This document shows, in pieces, positions 1 to 10,035 of a stretch of DNA of 64,000 bases. The translations under genes and the position numbers were made by a program. The stretch spans positions 64,001-128,000 of the forward strand of contig CAWHMU010000042.1 of NCBI GenBank assembly GCA_963830365.1, written 5' to 3'. The stretch's first letter is position 1, and each line of letters opens with the position of its first letter. This DNA comes from an uncultured Chlamydiae bacterium (GTDB taxonomy: Bacteria > Chlamydiota > Chlamydiia > Chlamydiales > Parachlamydiaceae). The notes under the pieces are model-generated. The model did no database searches and was not told the origin of the DNA. It saw nothing but the letters and a program-made list of their open reading frames with translations.

Positions 1-72
1 ACTGGACTTCGGGTTATTTATCGTTGTATAATCTGAGTTTTTTTTAAGCTAGATTTTGCAGATGGTGAAAGC

Positions 73-1023
73 ATGATGAAAACCGGGAATTTTTTGTTTT
101 TTCTAACTCTGTTTGTATCAACATTTTCGGGCTTATCAAAGGCTTCGGCGGCAGTGTTGCATCCTCAGGATGTCAGAGAAATTTTTGTCGAGGCTGATCA
201 GGCACAGCTCTTTTGCCGGGTCGTCGGCAAGGGGAGGCCGTTGGTGGTGCTGCATGGCGGTCCGGGGTTGACACAAGACTATCTGTTGCCGCAGCTGTAT
301 AAGTTGGGTGAGGCCAATCTGGTAATTTTCTATGATCAGAGAGGGTGTGGGAGGTCGACAGGCGAAATCAATGCCGATACAATCACCATGGAAGCCTTTG
401 TAAATGATCTGGAGGCTATCCGGCAGGCATTTAAATTTGATAAAATTTCAGTGCTTGGCCATTCATGGGGTGGTTTTTTGGCTATGCAATATGCAATTGC
501 CTATCCGGAGAAGGTTGAAAAGCTTATTCTGTCAAATTCGATGGCGGCATCGGCGGATGAGTTTTCCCTCTTTATTCAGGAGTATATCCGCCGCACCGCG
601 CCCTATCAGGCCGAACTCAAAGAGATTCAAAGCGCGCCACCATTCAGCGAAGGTGATCCGGAGCTTGTCGAACGCAACTACCGCCTGATTTTTCGTGCCT
701 ATTGCTATCTGCCGGCCAAAGCCGAGCTGCTTAATCTGCGTATGCCGGCTAGTGCTTCCGTCAACGGCACGAAGGTTTATGAAAACTTACGCCGGAATGT
801 ATTTACGCAGCCTTTTGATCTGCACGGGGCCTTAAAGGGCTTAAATGTGCCGACTTTAATCATACACGGCGATGCCGATCCTGTTCCGGCCAGCACCGCC
901 CAGCATGTGCATGCCAGCATTTCCCATTCAAAGTACCTGTTGATGAAAAATTGCGGTCATTTCCCTTATGTTGAAGATCCCGAAACCTATTTAAGTCATC
1001 TAAAAGACTTTTTGAGGCCATAG
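73..1023 (+). CDS. Proline iminopeptidase-like alpha/beta hydrolase with signal peptide
   Basis: HGGPG oxyanion motif, DQRGCGRS, GHSWGG nucleophile elbow, C-terminal GH. Confidence 0.85.
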   Translation: MMKTGNFLFFLTLFVSTFSGLSKASAAVLHPQDVREIFVEADQAQLFCRVVGKGRPLVVLHGGPGLTQDYLLPQLYKLGEANLVIFYDQRGCGRSTGEINADTITMEAFVNDLEAIRQAFKFDKISVLGHSWGGFLAMQYAIAYPEKVEKLILSNSMAASADEFSLFIQEYIRRTAPYQAELKEIQSAPPFSEGDPELVERNYRLIFRAYCYLPAKAELLNLRMPASASVNGTKVYENLRRNVFTQPFDLHGALKGLNVPTLIIHGDADPVPASTAQHVHASISHSKYLLMKNCGHFPYVEDPETYLSHLKDFLRP

Positions 1024-2210
1024 TGAATTCTCAGTTTGCAACGACAGCTTTTCTTTTGATATTGATATCGTTGGGATATGTGGCGACAGACATGTATTTA
1101 CCGTCGCTACCTGCCATGGCGTTGTATTTTCATGCCAGCGAGAATCAGGTGCAGATGACACTGTTTTCCTATTTGCTGAGCTTCTCGTTTAGTCCGCTCA
1201 TCTTCGGCCCTTTGTCGGATCATCTAGGAAGGAAAAAAGTAATTTTCGGTGGCCTCGTGATAAGCCTTTTGGCTACTTTGGGCTGTCTGTTTGCGCAAAA
1301 CATTTATATCTTGATTGGGGTCCGCTTCCTGCAAGGTATCGGCACAGGCGCTGTATTGATCGCTGCGCGAGCGACGGTATCGGATTTATTTAGCGGCAAG
1401 CTGTTGGCCAAACAAATATCATTCATGACCATGCTCATGCCGCTTGTGATGGCGATCGCGCCGACTCTTGGTGGAGTATTGCAAGAAAGGTTCCAGTGGC
1501 AGGCTGTTTTTGTATTTCTCATTGGTTACATGGCCATCATTCTCATTGGCGTAGTTTTTAAACCTGAGACTTTGAAAAGACCCAGCCATAAAAAGATTTC
1601 CCAAATTTTTTCAACCTATCGTGAACACTTGAGCAACCGCTTGTTTGTGGCTTTTGGCGTAAATTTTGTGCTGCCTGCGTTCGGCATGTTTGCGTATTTG
1701 ACGTCCAGCCCCTTCTTATTTCAACAGGTGATCGGGTTGACACCTATCGAATATGGATCGCTTGCGCTTTATGTGGGAGGCGTGATCCTGGTTACAGGCT
1801 ATATCAATTTGAAACTGGTGCATTATTATTCCGTGACACAGATATTATATGTAGGCGCAGGTCTTATTTTGTTTGCGGGCAGCCTGCTACTGTGTTTCCA
1901 CCTGCTGGGCATTTTAACCACCTGGTCGCTGCTAGTGCCGGCGTTGATCTTTTTCACCTGCATGCCGCTTTGCGTGGCGAATGCCGGCTCTAAATCCATG
2001 GGCCTGATCCAAGAGCATTTCGGGGCTGCCAGCGCTCTGCTATCAACCCTTCAATTTTTTGTGGGCGCTTTGGGAAGTTTCATCTTCGCGTTGATTGCCG
2101 ACGAGACGCAGTTGCCGCTGGCCATATGCTTTATTTGCGTAGGTTTTTTGTCAATGGTGAATTTGAAATACGCCTGCAAGCTGGAAATAAAGCTGCAAGC
2201 TAAGGGGTAA
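1023..2210 (+). CDS. Bcr/CflA-family MFS multidrug efflux transporter
   Basis: TDMYLPSLP motif, GPLSDHLGRKKV (MFS motif A), about 12 hydrophobic segments; GTG start overlaps the upstream stop. Confidence 0.9.
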   Translation: MNSQFATTAFLLILISLGYVATDMYLPSLPAMALYFHASENQVQMTLFSYLLSFSFSPLIFGPLSDHLGRKKVIFGGLVISLLATLGCLFAQNIYILIGVRFLQGIGTGAVLIAARATVSDLFSGKLLAKQISFMTMLMPLVMAIAPTLGGVLQERFQWQAVFVFLIGYMAIILIGVVFKPETLKRPSHKKISQIFSTYREHLSNRLFVAFGVNFVLPAFGMFAYLTSSPFLFQQVIGLTPIEYGSLALYVGGVILVTGYINLKLVHYYSVTQILYVGAGLILFAGSLLLCFHLLGILTTWSLLVPALIFFTCMPLCVANAGSKSMGLIQEHFGAASALLSTLQFFVGALGSFIFALIADETQLPLAICFICVGFLSMVNLKYACKLEIKLQAKG

Positions 2211-2263
2211 ATAGGATAGTAATCAAACATCATTGTCCTTAAGTTAACAGGCTGTGGATGCGA

Positions 2264-2566
2264 TTCAACGCAAAGCGGAGCAGAGACGCAAAGGAAGGCC
2301 ATTCACCACAGAGGCACCAAGACACAGAGAAGCCAGCAGCGACTGTAACAGGATGGCCGCATAGCCATGATGCTGGCGCTGTGAGGCATGCCCCTCGGCT
2401 GGCTTATGCCATCCGACGGATGGATATCGGTCCTGGCCGAGGCTTTTTTTATTTTGCTGCGCAAGTCCTGTCTATCCTGCCATCCTGATATAGGTGCAGC
2501 TGGCTTCTCTGTGTCTCTGTGCCTCTGTGGTAAACTCCTTTGCATCTTTGCGTGCTTTGCGTTGAA
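2264..2566. repeat. Composite nested palindromic element (CGCAAAG, CACAGAG and CAGGAT/ATCCTG arm types)
   Basis: 2264-2337 (ttcaacgcaaag...ttcaccacagaggcaccaagacacagagaagccagc) is the imperfect reverse complement of 2499-2566; lies between convergent genes. Confidence 0.85.
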
Positions 2567-2583
2567 AATGATACGACGATTCC

Positions 2584-3444
2584 TCAATCCGATCTGCAGG
2601 CGTCGATCAAGATGTAGCCGCGGTAGCTGCAGCTATCCATGGTGTGCATGCTTTGGTACAGGTCTGTCAGCTTGATCCATAGCCAGCCATTTGCATCAGC
2701 GGCGGTGTCAAGAATCAAGACGGTATCGGTGATCGCCTCATAGGCTGCGACAGGGGAGACATGTCCTCCTCCCTGCCGGTCATAAATCGCCACGTTATAA
2801 TTGACGATGAGATATTTGATAGGGTTGGCGGTCATTATTTTTACTGTATTGCGGAAGGCTTCGATGTCGTCCGTGTTGGCTGACACTACATGGTGGGCCT
2901 CGGCGGTTAAACCCTGCAAGTTGAGGGCGAGCGTAAGCCTGTCAAGCTCCAGGCCGCGCTGGTATGCCCCGCATACTTTTTCTTTGCCTTCTAACAGTGG
3001 TCTGTCGATGGTGTTTGAGACGTTATCGTTGTAAAAGTTGTCTTCTGTCCAGACATATTGTGCATATAGGGTGTTTGTTTCAGGCACATAGCATGCGCCC
3101 TTTTTTGATAGGGGAGGAGCTTGACCGCTGTGGGCGTCGACGGCATTGAGGATGATGACTGCCGAGGCGATGGCGCATGAACAGATCATTTGCTGCGGGG
3201 CATAGTGGGGAGCCAATTTGAAGAAAGCCTTTTTATAATCCGACCTTTCAAAGATAGCGATCCCTTCGTCGCTGTCGAAGGGAATGGCGGCCATGCTCTG
3301 CGAGTAGGGACTGAGGGTAAAGTTGTTGTAGCTAAACTCTATGACTGTCGGCAAGGGGCAGTTTTCCATTGCGGCCATGCTGGCAAGATTTGCAAATATG
3401 CCGATGGCGGCTATCCATGGGATGTTCGATACATAATTTCTCAT
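2584..3444 (-). CDS. Phytochelatin synthase family protein (papain-like), probably exported
   Basis: Cys in CSCAIAS, His in GGGHVSP, Asp in LILDTA; N-terminal hydrophobic leader. Confidence 0.85.
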   Translation of the reverse strand: MRNYVSNIPWIAAIGIFANLASMAAMENCPLPTVIEFSYNNFTLSPYSQSMAAIPFDSDEGIAIFERSDYKKAFFKLAPHYAPQQMICSCAIASAVIILNAVDAHSGQAPPLSKKGACYVPETNTLYAQYVWTEDNFYNDNVSNTIDRPLLEGKEKVCGAYQRGLELDRLTLALNLQGLTAEAHHVVSANTDDIEAFRNTVKIMTANPIKYLIVNYNVAIYDRQGGGHVSPVAAYEAITDTVLILDTAADANGWLWIKLTDLYQSMHTMDSCSYRGYILIDACRSD

Positions 3445-3888
3445 GCTTCACCTCCTGGTAATACGAGGTACATGAGATCGGCTGAAAATTCAAGTGCTGA
3501 ATATATAAATTCTTTTAAGTTCAGTGCACAGGAAGTGGTTTCGCTTATTTTAAAGCCTCGCTAGAGGCGGAAGCATGTAGCCACAGGTTTACACCTATGG
3601 CTACCTGCCGCCGCCGTTTTCACGGCTAACTCAAGATTTTGGTCTGGATGTCTATGTGCACGAAATTAAACCAACAGCCCAAAACTCATTATTGTGAAGG
3701 TGACTACCACACTCCTTTTACGCTGACTTATTGAGAAGTTATGGTATTTCTTCCTGCTTCTTAGCTTGTTGGGAAATTGCAAAAAATGGGTTCATCACAC
3801 AAATTAGTGGTTGACATTCATCCAGTTTTGGGGCCAAAGACGTGAAGTAGAGTATAGAGATGTTACTAGGCGAAGCCCATCTCTTTGT

Positions 3889-4100
3889 AGCCCGTTAGCT
3901 AAGGCTTGCGAGCGAAAGCGAAGACAGCCGCAGCTACGGGTTTTACAAACAAAAGATAACCCCATCGGGGCTCTTCTCTTTATGTCCTTATACCTTAATA
4001 GATTAAAAGAGAAGAACCCCGATGGGGTTAAGCAGTCAATTTACTGTTCCCGTAGCTAAGGCTGTCTTCGCTTTCGCTCGCAAGCCTTAGCTGACGGGCT
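3889..4100. repeat. Large nested REPIN-like hairpin
   Basis: agcccgttagctaaggcttgcgagcgaaagcgaagacagcc pairs with ggctgtcttcgctttcgctcgcaagccttagctgacgggct; inner stem taaccccatcgggg...ccccgatggggtta. Confidence 0.85.
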
Positions 4101-4393
4101 TCCGAGTAACAATAGGTTGAATGCTTACGAAACTTATGCCTGCGTTATTGGTGGATATTTCATCATTTCTCCTGCTTTTGGAGTCGAAAGGCATTAATCA
4201 TTAAAAAGGCGGAGGAAAGAACATAATGCCAGGCGATCTTCCGAACGGGATAGCTATGCTTCCCAATGATATTATCGCGATTCTTTCCGACCAAGCTACA
4301 AAACGGGCATTCAGCACCAGTGCTCGATGGGTCAATTTTTTCCACGAATTTTTGATTACCGCTATTCAACCGGTCTTACTTTTTTTGTCTTTT

Positions 4394-5791
4394 TTACGCC
4401 GCTACGGCAACTAGTTTATAACCTAATTTTTCAGCTTTTTTATGCAACCCAGCCAAGTTTTTCATTGCATGCATTTTTTCATTATATTCGGCTCCTTTTT
4501 CATAATATTGCCAGCCTTCCTTACACATGTGATATACCATTGTCGCTAGCTTATGCGCTCCAGCCTTAATCCCTTTAGAGTTGTCCGTTCGGCCGCATAT
4601 GCGCCTGATATGTGCTCCCAATGCTGCATCTGATTTTTTAGCTGCCACTGCAGACATTCTTAAAGCTTGTGAAATGTAATTGGCGCTTGGTTTTTGCCTT
4701 TTGCTTTTACGTCGTTTGCCTCCTGAAACATTGTTGCCGGGGGACAGTTTCAACCAGGAAGAAAATGCTTTTTCGCTATTCCATGCACTTACGTCAGTCC
4801 CTCCAAGTTCTGAATAAATGAGTAGAGCAGTACTATCTGCTATACCTGGCAGGGCAGTTAGGTCTATTCCCGTTTTTCTCCAGAGAGTGTCTCTGACACC
4901 AAAACAAAGATCATTTTTCTTAGGTTTTTTGAATTGAGAAAACTGAGGACGCTTTTTTTTATCCTTATGGTTCTCTGGTGGAGGCGTATTGACTACATCA
5001 GGAAATCGCTCAAGCTCCTTCTGAATGCATTCGTCACATGCGTCCAGCTGTTTATGTGCAAAATCGTATTGATCTAGGGCTTGCTTTAGCGAAAAAATAT
5101 GTTCATCTTGATAATTCCCTGTCAGAGCTGCTACAAATAGGCTCTCTTCTTTTTTGCAAAGCTTATTCCTCATTGCAGCTAACTTATATGGATCTCTTTC
5201 ACCAGCTGCTATTGCTCGTGTTATATTTAAACCGGAGACTCCCGCTATATCGCTTACAGCGGTGCTCAGCTTGATATTCATTAGCTGCAAGGCTTTTTCC
5301 ATATGCAGAAGTGCATATTGCTTCGTTTTGATGACATTCATGCGCTGTCTTACATACGCCCGCAATTTTAAACGATCGCGTGGCGGGCGATAAGCAGCTC
5401 TTAATAGACCACAAGAATATAATGTTTGGATCCATTGAGCATCCACCACATCAGTTTTTCTCCCTGGTGGATTTTTTACATTTTTAGCATCCACTAAGAC
5501 AGGCATCAAGCCTGATTCTTCCATAATTTCATATAGGGGAATCCAATAAACACCCGTAGCTTCCATAACACCAATTTCTACTTTAGCCTCTTTAAGAACT
5601 TTGACTATTTCACGGAGTTGAGGTGTCGTTGTACCAAATTCCCTCACGTAAGAACCACCTTTACCATCAGGAATAGCTACATGGATTAGCTTATCTCCTA
5701 TATCGATGCCAGCAACAGTAGGATCGATATATCCAAGCCTGTTTTTATGTTGTTGTTTTTTGAAATGATTGGAATTGCTATTATTAGACAT
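4394..5791 (-). CDS. IS110-family transposase/recombinase (DEDD RuvC-like plus C-terminal Tnp domain)
   Basis: GIDIG, MEATGVYW, KTDVVDAQW (D-E-D-D) and PGNNVSGGK serine motif; lower GC than neighbouring genes. Confidence 0.93.
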   Translation of the reverse strand: MSNNSNSNHFKKQQHKNRLGYIDPTVAGIDIGDKLIHVAIPDGKGGSYVREFGTTTPQLREIVKVLKEAKVEIGVMEATGVYWIPLYEIMEESGLMPVLVDAKNVKNPPGRKTDVVDAQWIQTLYSCGLLRAAYRPPRDRLKLRAYVRQRMNVIKTKQYALLHMEKALQLMNIKLSTAVSDIAGVSGLNITRAIAAGERDPYKLAAMRNKLCKKEESLFVAALTGNYQDEHIFSLKQALDQYDFAHKQLDACDECIQKELERFPDVVNTPPPENHKDKKKRPQFSQFKKPKKNDLCFGVRDTLWRKTGIDLTALPGIADSTALLIYSELGGTDVSAWNSEKAFSSWLKLSPGNNVSGGKRRKSKRQKPSANYISQALRMSAVAAKKSDAALGAHIRRICGRTDNSKGIKAGAHKLATMVYHMCKEGWQYYEKGAEYNEKMHAMKNLAGLHKKAEKLGYKLVAVAA

Positions 5792-6368
5792 GAACGATCT
5801 CCTTTTAGCTTTTTACTGTGAGAAAAAGAAAGCTATTATAAGAGATCGTTCTTTTTTTTTCGAATTATGACAACCGTTACTTTCCAGATATCAGCGTTAA
5901 ACCGCTTGGGCGCTACAAAGAGATGGGTTTGTCCATGCCTTGCTTCACATCTTTAACCTGCAAAAAATGATGAACCACTTTTCAACCACTCATTTGTGTG
6001 ATGAGCTAAAAAATGTATATTTGGTTTGGGTTAGTTAATGTTTGTCTAAGTAAAATGAATATAGGAAATATAAATGAACACCAAACAATTTGATAATGGG
6101 GTGCGTTCTTATCCGGTGCCGCTCATGTGTTATCTAGATCCTTTGTCTATCTTAGTGCTGCCCGTTCATTCTTCCCATCATCACGAGCATCCTGCTCATT
6201 CATAGACTCTTTTAATTTCATATTCGTTTTTTGAATCGGTTTCAGCGTTTGAATTTGTATTGATGCTATTTGCAACCTGTTCAGAATAAATAATATACAA
6301 TCATTTGTTTTAAAGATTGCCTGTCGGCGTGCGAGCGTCAACAGGCTAAATATATTTTAGGATTTTCG

Positions 6369-7034
6369 ATGAAACCAAAATCAATTGGTATCGTAGGGGG
6401 AGCCGGACCATTAGCGGGGGCGTCCCTGCTTGAACGAGTATTGCGCCTTTCGGGAAGCGCCTATGGGTGCTATCGAGATGGCGATTTTCCCAAAGTGTTG
6501 CTGCTCAGCTTTCCGTTTTCGGAAATGCTCACTCCCGGAATGGATGTGGCTCAACTGCAAAATGAGCTCAGTCAATGCTTGAAGCAGTTGCGAGAAAATG
6601 GCGCTGCCGTTTTAGCGATTGCCTGCAATACCCTGCATGCCTTTTTAAATGAGGATGAAGAGCTAACAGACTTCATCCATATGCCAAAAGAGCTGGCGAT
6701 GCAGATTTCGCCGGCAGAGATCCCGCTTGTGCTTTGCACAACGACATCTAAGCAATTTGGACTGCACCGTCGATTTTTCAGATGTGCCTATCCTGACGAT
6801 GAAACGCAAGGGAGGGTCGATAACCTTATCAGCCAGATCCTTAAAGGCACTGAGCAGCAAGTTGTCGTCGGCGAGCTGCGAGAGATCATAGAGTCGCAGA
6901 CAGCCTCTACCATCATATTGGGATGTACGGAACTATCGCTGTTTGCCAACCACATAGCCGCAGGCACTAAAACAATCATCGATCCATTGGATGTTGTCGC
7001 CGAGAAGATTTTAGAAAAGACATTTTCCAGCTAA
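6369..7034 (+). CDS. Aspartate/glutamate racemase family protein
   Basis: IGIVGGAGPLAG, IACNTLH and ILGCTEL catalytic Cys motifs. Confidence 0.9.
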   Translation: MKPKSIGIVGGAGPLAGASLLERVLRLSGSAYGCYRDGDFPKVLLLSFPFSEMLTPGMDVAQLQNELSQCLKQLRENGAAVLAIACNTLHAFLNEDEELTDFIHMPKELAMQISPAEIPLVLCTTTSKQFGLHRRFFRCAYPDDETQGRVDNLISQILKGTEQQVVVGELREIIESQTASTIILGCTELSLFANHIAAGTKTIIDPLDVVAEKILEKTFSS

Positions 7035-7200
7035 CAGGATGATGTCGCGAAGCTGAAGCGAGAGGATTTATCTTCACATGGTTTTCCGGGTCATGATTTT
7101 CCGGGTCATGGCTGAAATTCAACATAGGCGAGGAAAGCGCTTTTCTGTTATCAAGAGGTCTACAAGATGAGTTTTATGAATTTGAGGGATAGGGGAGCGC

Positions 7201-8646
7201 ATGGCGAAGATTTTGGTGGCGGGAGCGACGGGGTTTGTGGGCAAAAGGTTGATCTTCACCCTTTTGGAGCAAGGGCATGAAGTTTATGCTTTGTGCCGGG
7301 TTCATGGAAACCCGGTTTTTGGAGATGACAGGCCGCATCTGCATTATATTTGGGGGGACTTAAGAAGCAAAGAGACATTGCCAGAGTTTCCAAAAGATAT
7401 TGAGGCGGCCTATTATTTAGTCCATTCGATGTCGGAAATTGTCGGAGATCTGGCCAAAGCTGAATTGGAGGTAGCTGAAAATTTCATTGCCGCTTTGAAA
7501 AGGACGCAAACCGGACAGATTATCTATTTGGGTGGCATTATCAATGATGAAAAGGCATTGTCTCCCCATCTTAGGTCGAGATTATTGGTTGAGGATATAT
7601 TGAAGAAGAGCTCGATTCCGACGACGATCCTGCGGGCAAGTATTATCATAGGTTCCGGCAGCGCTTCTTTTGAGATTATCAGGGACTTGTCTGAAAAGTT
7701 GCCCTTTATGATTGCTCCCAAATGGTTGAATTCCCCTTGCCAGCCGATTGCCATTCAAGATGTGCTATTTTATCTTTCGCAGGTGCTGCTCAATAAGCAG
7801 TGTTATCATCAGACCTTCGATATTGGCGGCAGGGAAGTATTGACTTTCAAGGAATTGCTGCTCGAATATGCCGCCTTCAGGCATTTGAAGAGATATGTGT
7901 TCGATGTGCCTGTGCTGACGCCACGGCTATCAAGTTTTTGGCTGGTATTCATTACTTCGGTGCGGTTCTCTATCTGCTTTTATCTTGTCGAAAGCATCAA
8001 GACAAGTTCCGTGGTGCGTCTGGATGGAATCCAAAAAATCATCCCCCATCAATGTTTAACCTTTAAACAGGCTTTGCAGCTAGCCTTTCAGAATATAGCC
8101 CAGAATGAAGTGGTATCGACATGGATGGATGCATGGGAAATCGAAGGCGTAAATACAGGCCATAAAAATTATATCCAGGTGCCCACAGAGGGGTGTCTGG
8201 TGGATGAACGGAGGGTTGGCATAAAGGACTCCAAAGAAGCTGCGTTAGCGCGCCTTTGGCGGCTTGGAGGGGATACAGGCTACTATGCCATGAATTGGGC
8301 CTGGAAGCTCAGGGGGCTGGTCGATCAGATGCTTGGCGGGGTCGGACTCAACCGCGGTAGGAGGCATCCATCAGAGATAAGCGTCGGGGATTCCATAGAT
8401 TTCTGGAAGGTGCTGCTTGCCGACAAAGAGCATGCAAAGCTTATTCTTTTTGCAGGCATGAAAATGCCCGGAGAGGCATGGCTGGAGTTTAAGATAGCAC
8501 CTGATGGAGATGGGTGGACGCTAGTCCAAACAGCTACCTTCCGGCCAAGGGGTATCATGGGACGTCTTTATTGGTATGGCCTATGGCCGTTTCATTTGTA
8601 TATTTTCAGGAAGATGGCCAACGCCCTGGCCGGCATAAATCATTAG
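7201..8646 (+). CDS. YbjT-like NAD(P)-binding SDR oxidoreductase with DUF2867-like C-terminus
   Basis: GATGFVG Rossmann motif, YYLVHSM, C-terminal MKMPGEAWLEF. Confidence 0.85.
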   Translation: MAKILVAGATGFVGKRLIFTLLEQGHEVYALCRVHGNPVFGDDRPHLHYIWGDLRSKETLPEFPKDIEAAYYLVHSMSEIVGDLAKAELEVAENFIAALKRTQTGQIIYLGGIINDEKALSPHLRSRLLVEDILKKSSIPTTILRASIIIGSGSASFEIIRDLSEKLPFMIAPKWLNSPCQPIAIQDVLFYLSQVLLNKQCYHQTFDIGGREVLTFKELLLEYAAFRHLKRYVFDVPVLTPRLSSFWLVFITSVRFSICFYLVESIKTSSVVRLDGIQKIIPHQCLTFKQALQLAFQNIAQNEVVSTWMDAWEIEGVNTGHKNYIQVPTEGCLVDERRVGIKDSKEAALARLWRLGGDTGYYAMNWAWKLRGLVDQMLGGVGLNRGRRHPSEISVGDSIDFWKVLLADKEHAKLILFAGMKMPGEAWLEFKIAPDGDGWTLVQTATFRPRGIMGRLYWYGLWPFHLYIFRKMANALAGINH

Positions 8647-8652
8647 GACATC

Positions 8653-10035
8653 ATGAAAGCTAAAAAGCCCTTTAAGAAAGCCCTGTTTATCTTTAGAAGG
8701 GATCTGCGCCTGGAAGACAATACAGGGCTTAGCTATGCGCTGGAAAATGCCGATGAAGTCATTCCCTGTTTTATTTTTACGCCCGAGCAGATAGACCATA
8801 ACGCTTACCGCAGCGACCACTGTTTGCAATTCATGCTCGAGAGTTTGGAGGATCTGGCCGGCGCTGTCAAAGCCAAGGGGGGGAGGCTGCATTTCTTTCA
8901 TGACCGGCCCGAAAATGTGGTGGCCAAATGCATCGAAGAGTTGCATGTCGATGCCGTGGTGGTAAACCGCGACTACACACCTTACAGCAGCAAGCGGGAC
9001 CGCAAGATCGATGATGTATGCCTTAGGTTGGGAGCCTCGTTGCACTCCTTTGATGACGTGCTTTTAAACCCGCCGGAGCAGACCTTGAAAGGCGATGGCA
9101 AGCCATATTCGATTTTCACCCCCTATTACCGCAATGCCTCCCGCCTGGCTGTGCGCCTGCCCGTGGCCAACCGGCATGCCAATTACTGCGCCGGTCCCAT
9201 TTCCTTTGCGGAGGGGAATAGCTTGTATCATAAGATCCTCCCAAAACGCCTGCTGAAACCCAGTGGAGGCAGGGATGCGGCTCTGGAAATACTTACAGGA
9301 TTGAAGAAGTTTTCCGATTATCCTGTATCCAGGAATACGCCGGCGATTGAGGGAACGACGCGTCTTTCAGCCCATCTTAAATTCACCACCATTTCGCCAA
9401 GAGAAGCCTATTGGGCGGTGACCAAGCAGCTAGGTGCGGCATCAGAGCTCATCAGGTCGCTATACTGGCGGGATTTTTTCACTTCGATCGCCTTCTACTA
9501 CCCGGAAGTATTTGCATCAGCCTTTCATGCCAAGTACAACCGGCTCGAGTGGAGCCATGACGAAGGCGTTTTCAGAAGATGGTGTGAAGGCCAAACTGGC
9601 TTCCCCATCGTCGATGCCGGCATGCGGGAGCTGCTGCATACAGGATTCATGCATAACCGCGTGCGCATGGTGGTGGCAAGCTTCCTTGTCAAAGATCTGC
9701 ATATCGATTGGAGATGGGGCGAGAAATATTTTGCCAGGATGCTGATTGATTACGATCCGGCCGTCAATAACGGCAATTGGCAATGGGCGGCAAGTACCGG
9801 CTGCGATGCCCAGCCTTATTTTCGCATTTTCAATCCCTGGCTGCAGGGGTTGAAGTTCGATCCTGACTGTGTGTATATCAAACGCTGGCTGCCTGAACTG
9901 GCATCACTACCCCCTGCCACCATTCATAAATGGCATATGGAGAAATATAGGCCGGCATGCCCTGCCTATCCGGCCCCTATCGCCGATCATGCCACAGAAG
10001 CTAAAGCGGCGCTTGCCGCTTACAAGCGCTGCTAG
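8653..10035 (+). CDS. phrB: DNA photolyase/cryptochrome (class I CPD photolyase-like)
   Basis: FRRDLRLEDN, TGFPIVDAGMREL, GFMHNRVRM, NNGNWQW, RIFNP motifs. Confidence 0.9.
   Translation: MKAKKPFKKALFIFRRDLRLEDNTGLSYALENADEVIPCFIFTPEQIDHNAYRSDHCLQFMLESLEDLAGAVKAKGGRLHFFHDRPENVVAKCIEELHVDAVVVNRDYTPYSSKRDRKIDDVCLRLGASLHSFDDVLLNPPEQTLKGDGKPYSIFTPYYRNASRLAVRLPVANRHANYCAGPISFAEGNSLYHKILPKRLLKPSGGRDAALEILTGLKKFSDYPVSRNTPAIEGTTRLSAHLKFTTISPREAYWAVTKQLGAASELIRSLYWRDFFTSIAFYYPEVFASAFHAKYNRLEWSHDEGVFRRWCEGQTGFPIVDAGMRELLHTGFMHNRVRMVVASFLVKDLHIDWRWGEKYFARMLIDYDPAVNNGNWQWAASTGCDAQPYFRIFNPWLQGLKFDPDCVYIKRWLPELASLPPATIHKWHMEKYRPACPAYPAPIADHATEAKAALAAYKRC

Larger units (their letters stand above)
3789..6007. 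mobile_element. Element bounded by ISL3-like terminal inverted repeats that contains an IS110 gene
   Basis: Ends ggttcatcacacaaattagtggttga / tcaaccactcatttgtgtgatgagct; flanked by identical 8-mers aaaaaatg (3781-3788, 6008-6015). Confidence 0.75.

Noticed and set aside
3564..3630. REP-like hairpin gtagccacaggtttacacctatggctac
   Set aside because: Only one degenerate copy in the window, not enough to define a family.
7080..7110. Direct repeat ttttccgggtcatg, two copies
   Set aside because: A short local duplication with no further copies or evident function.
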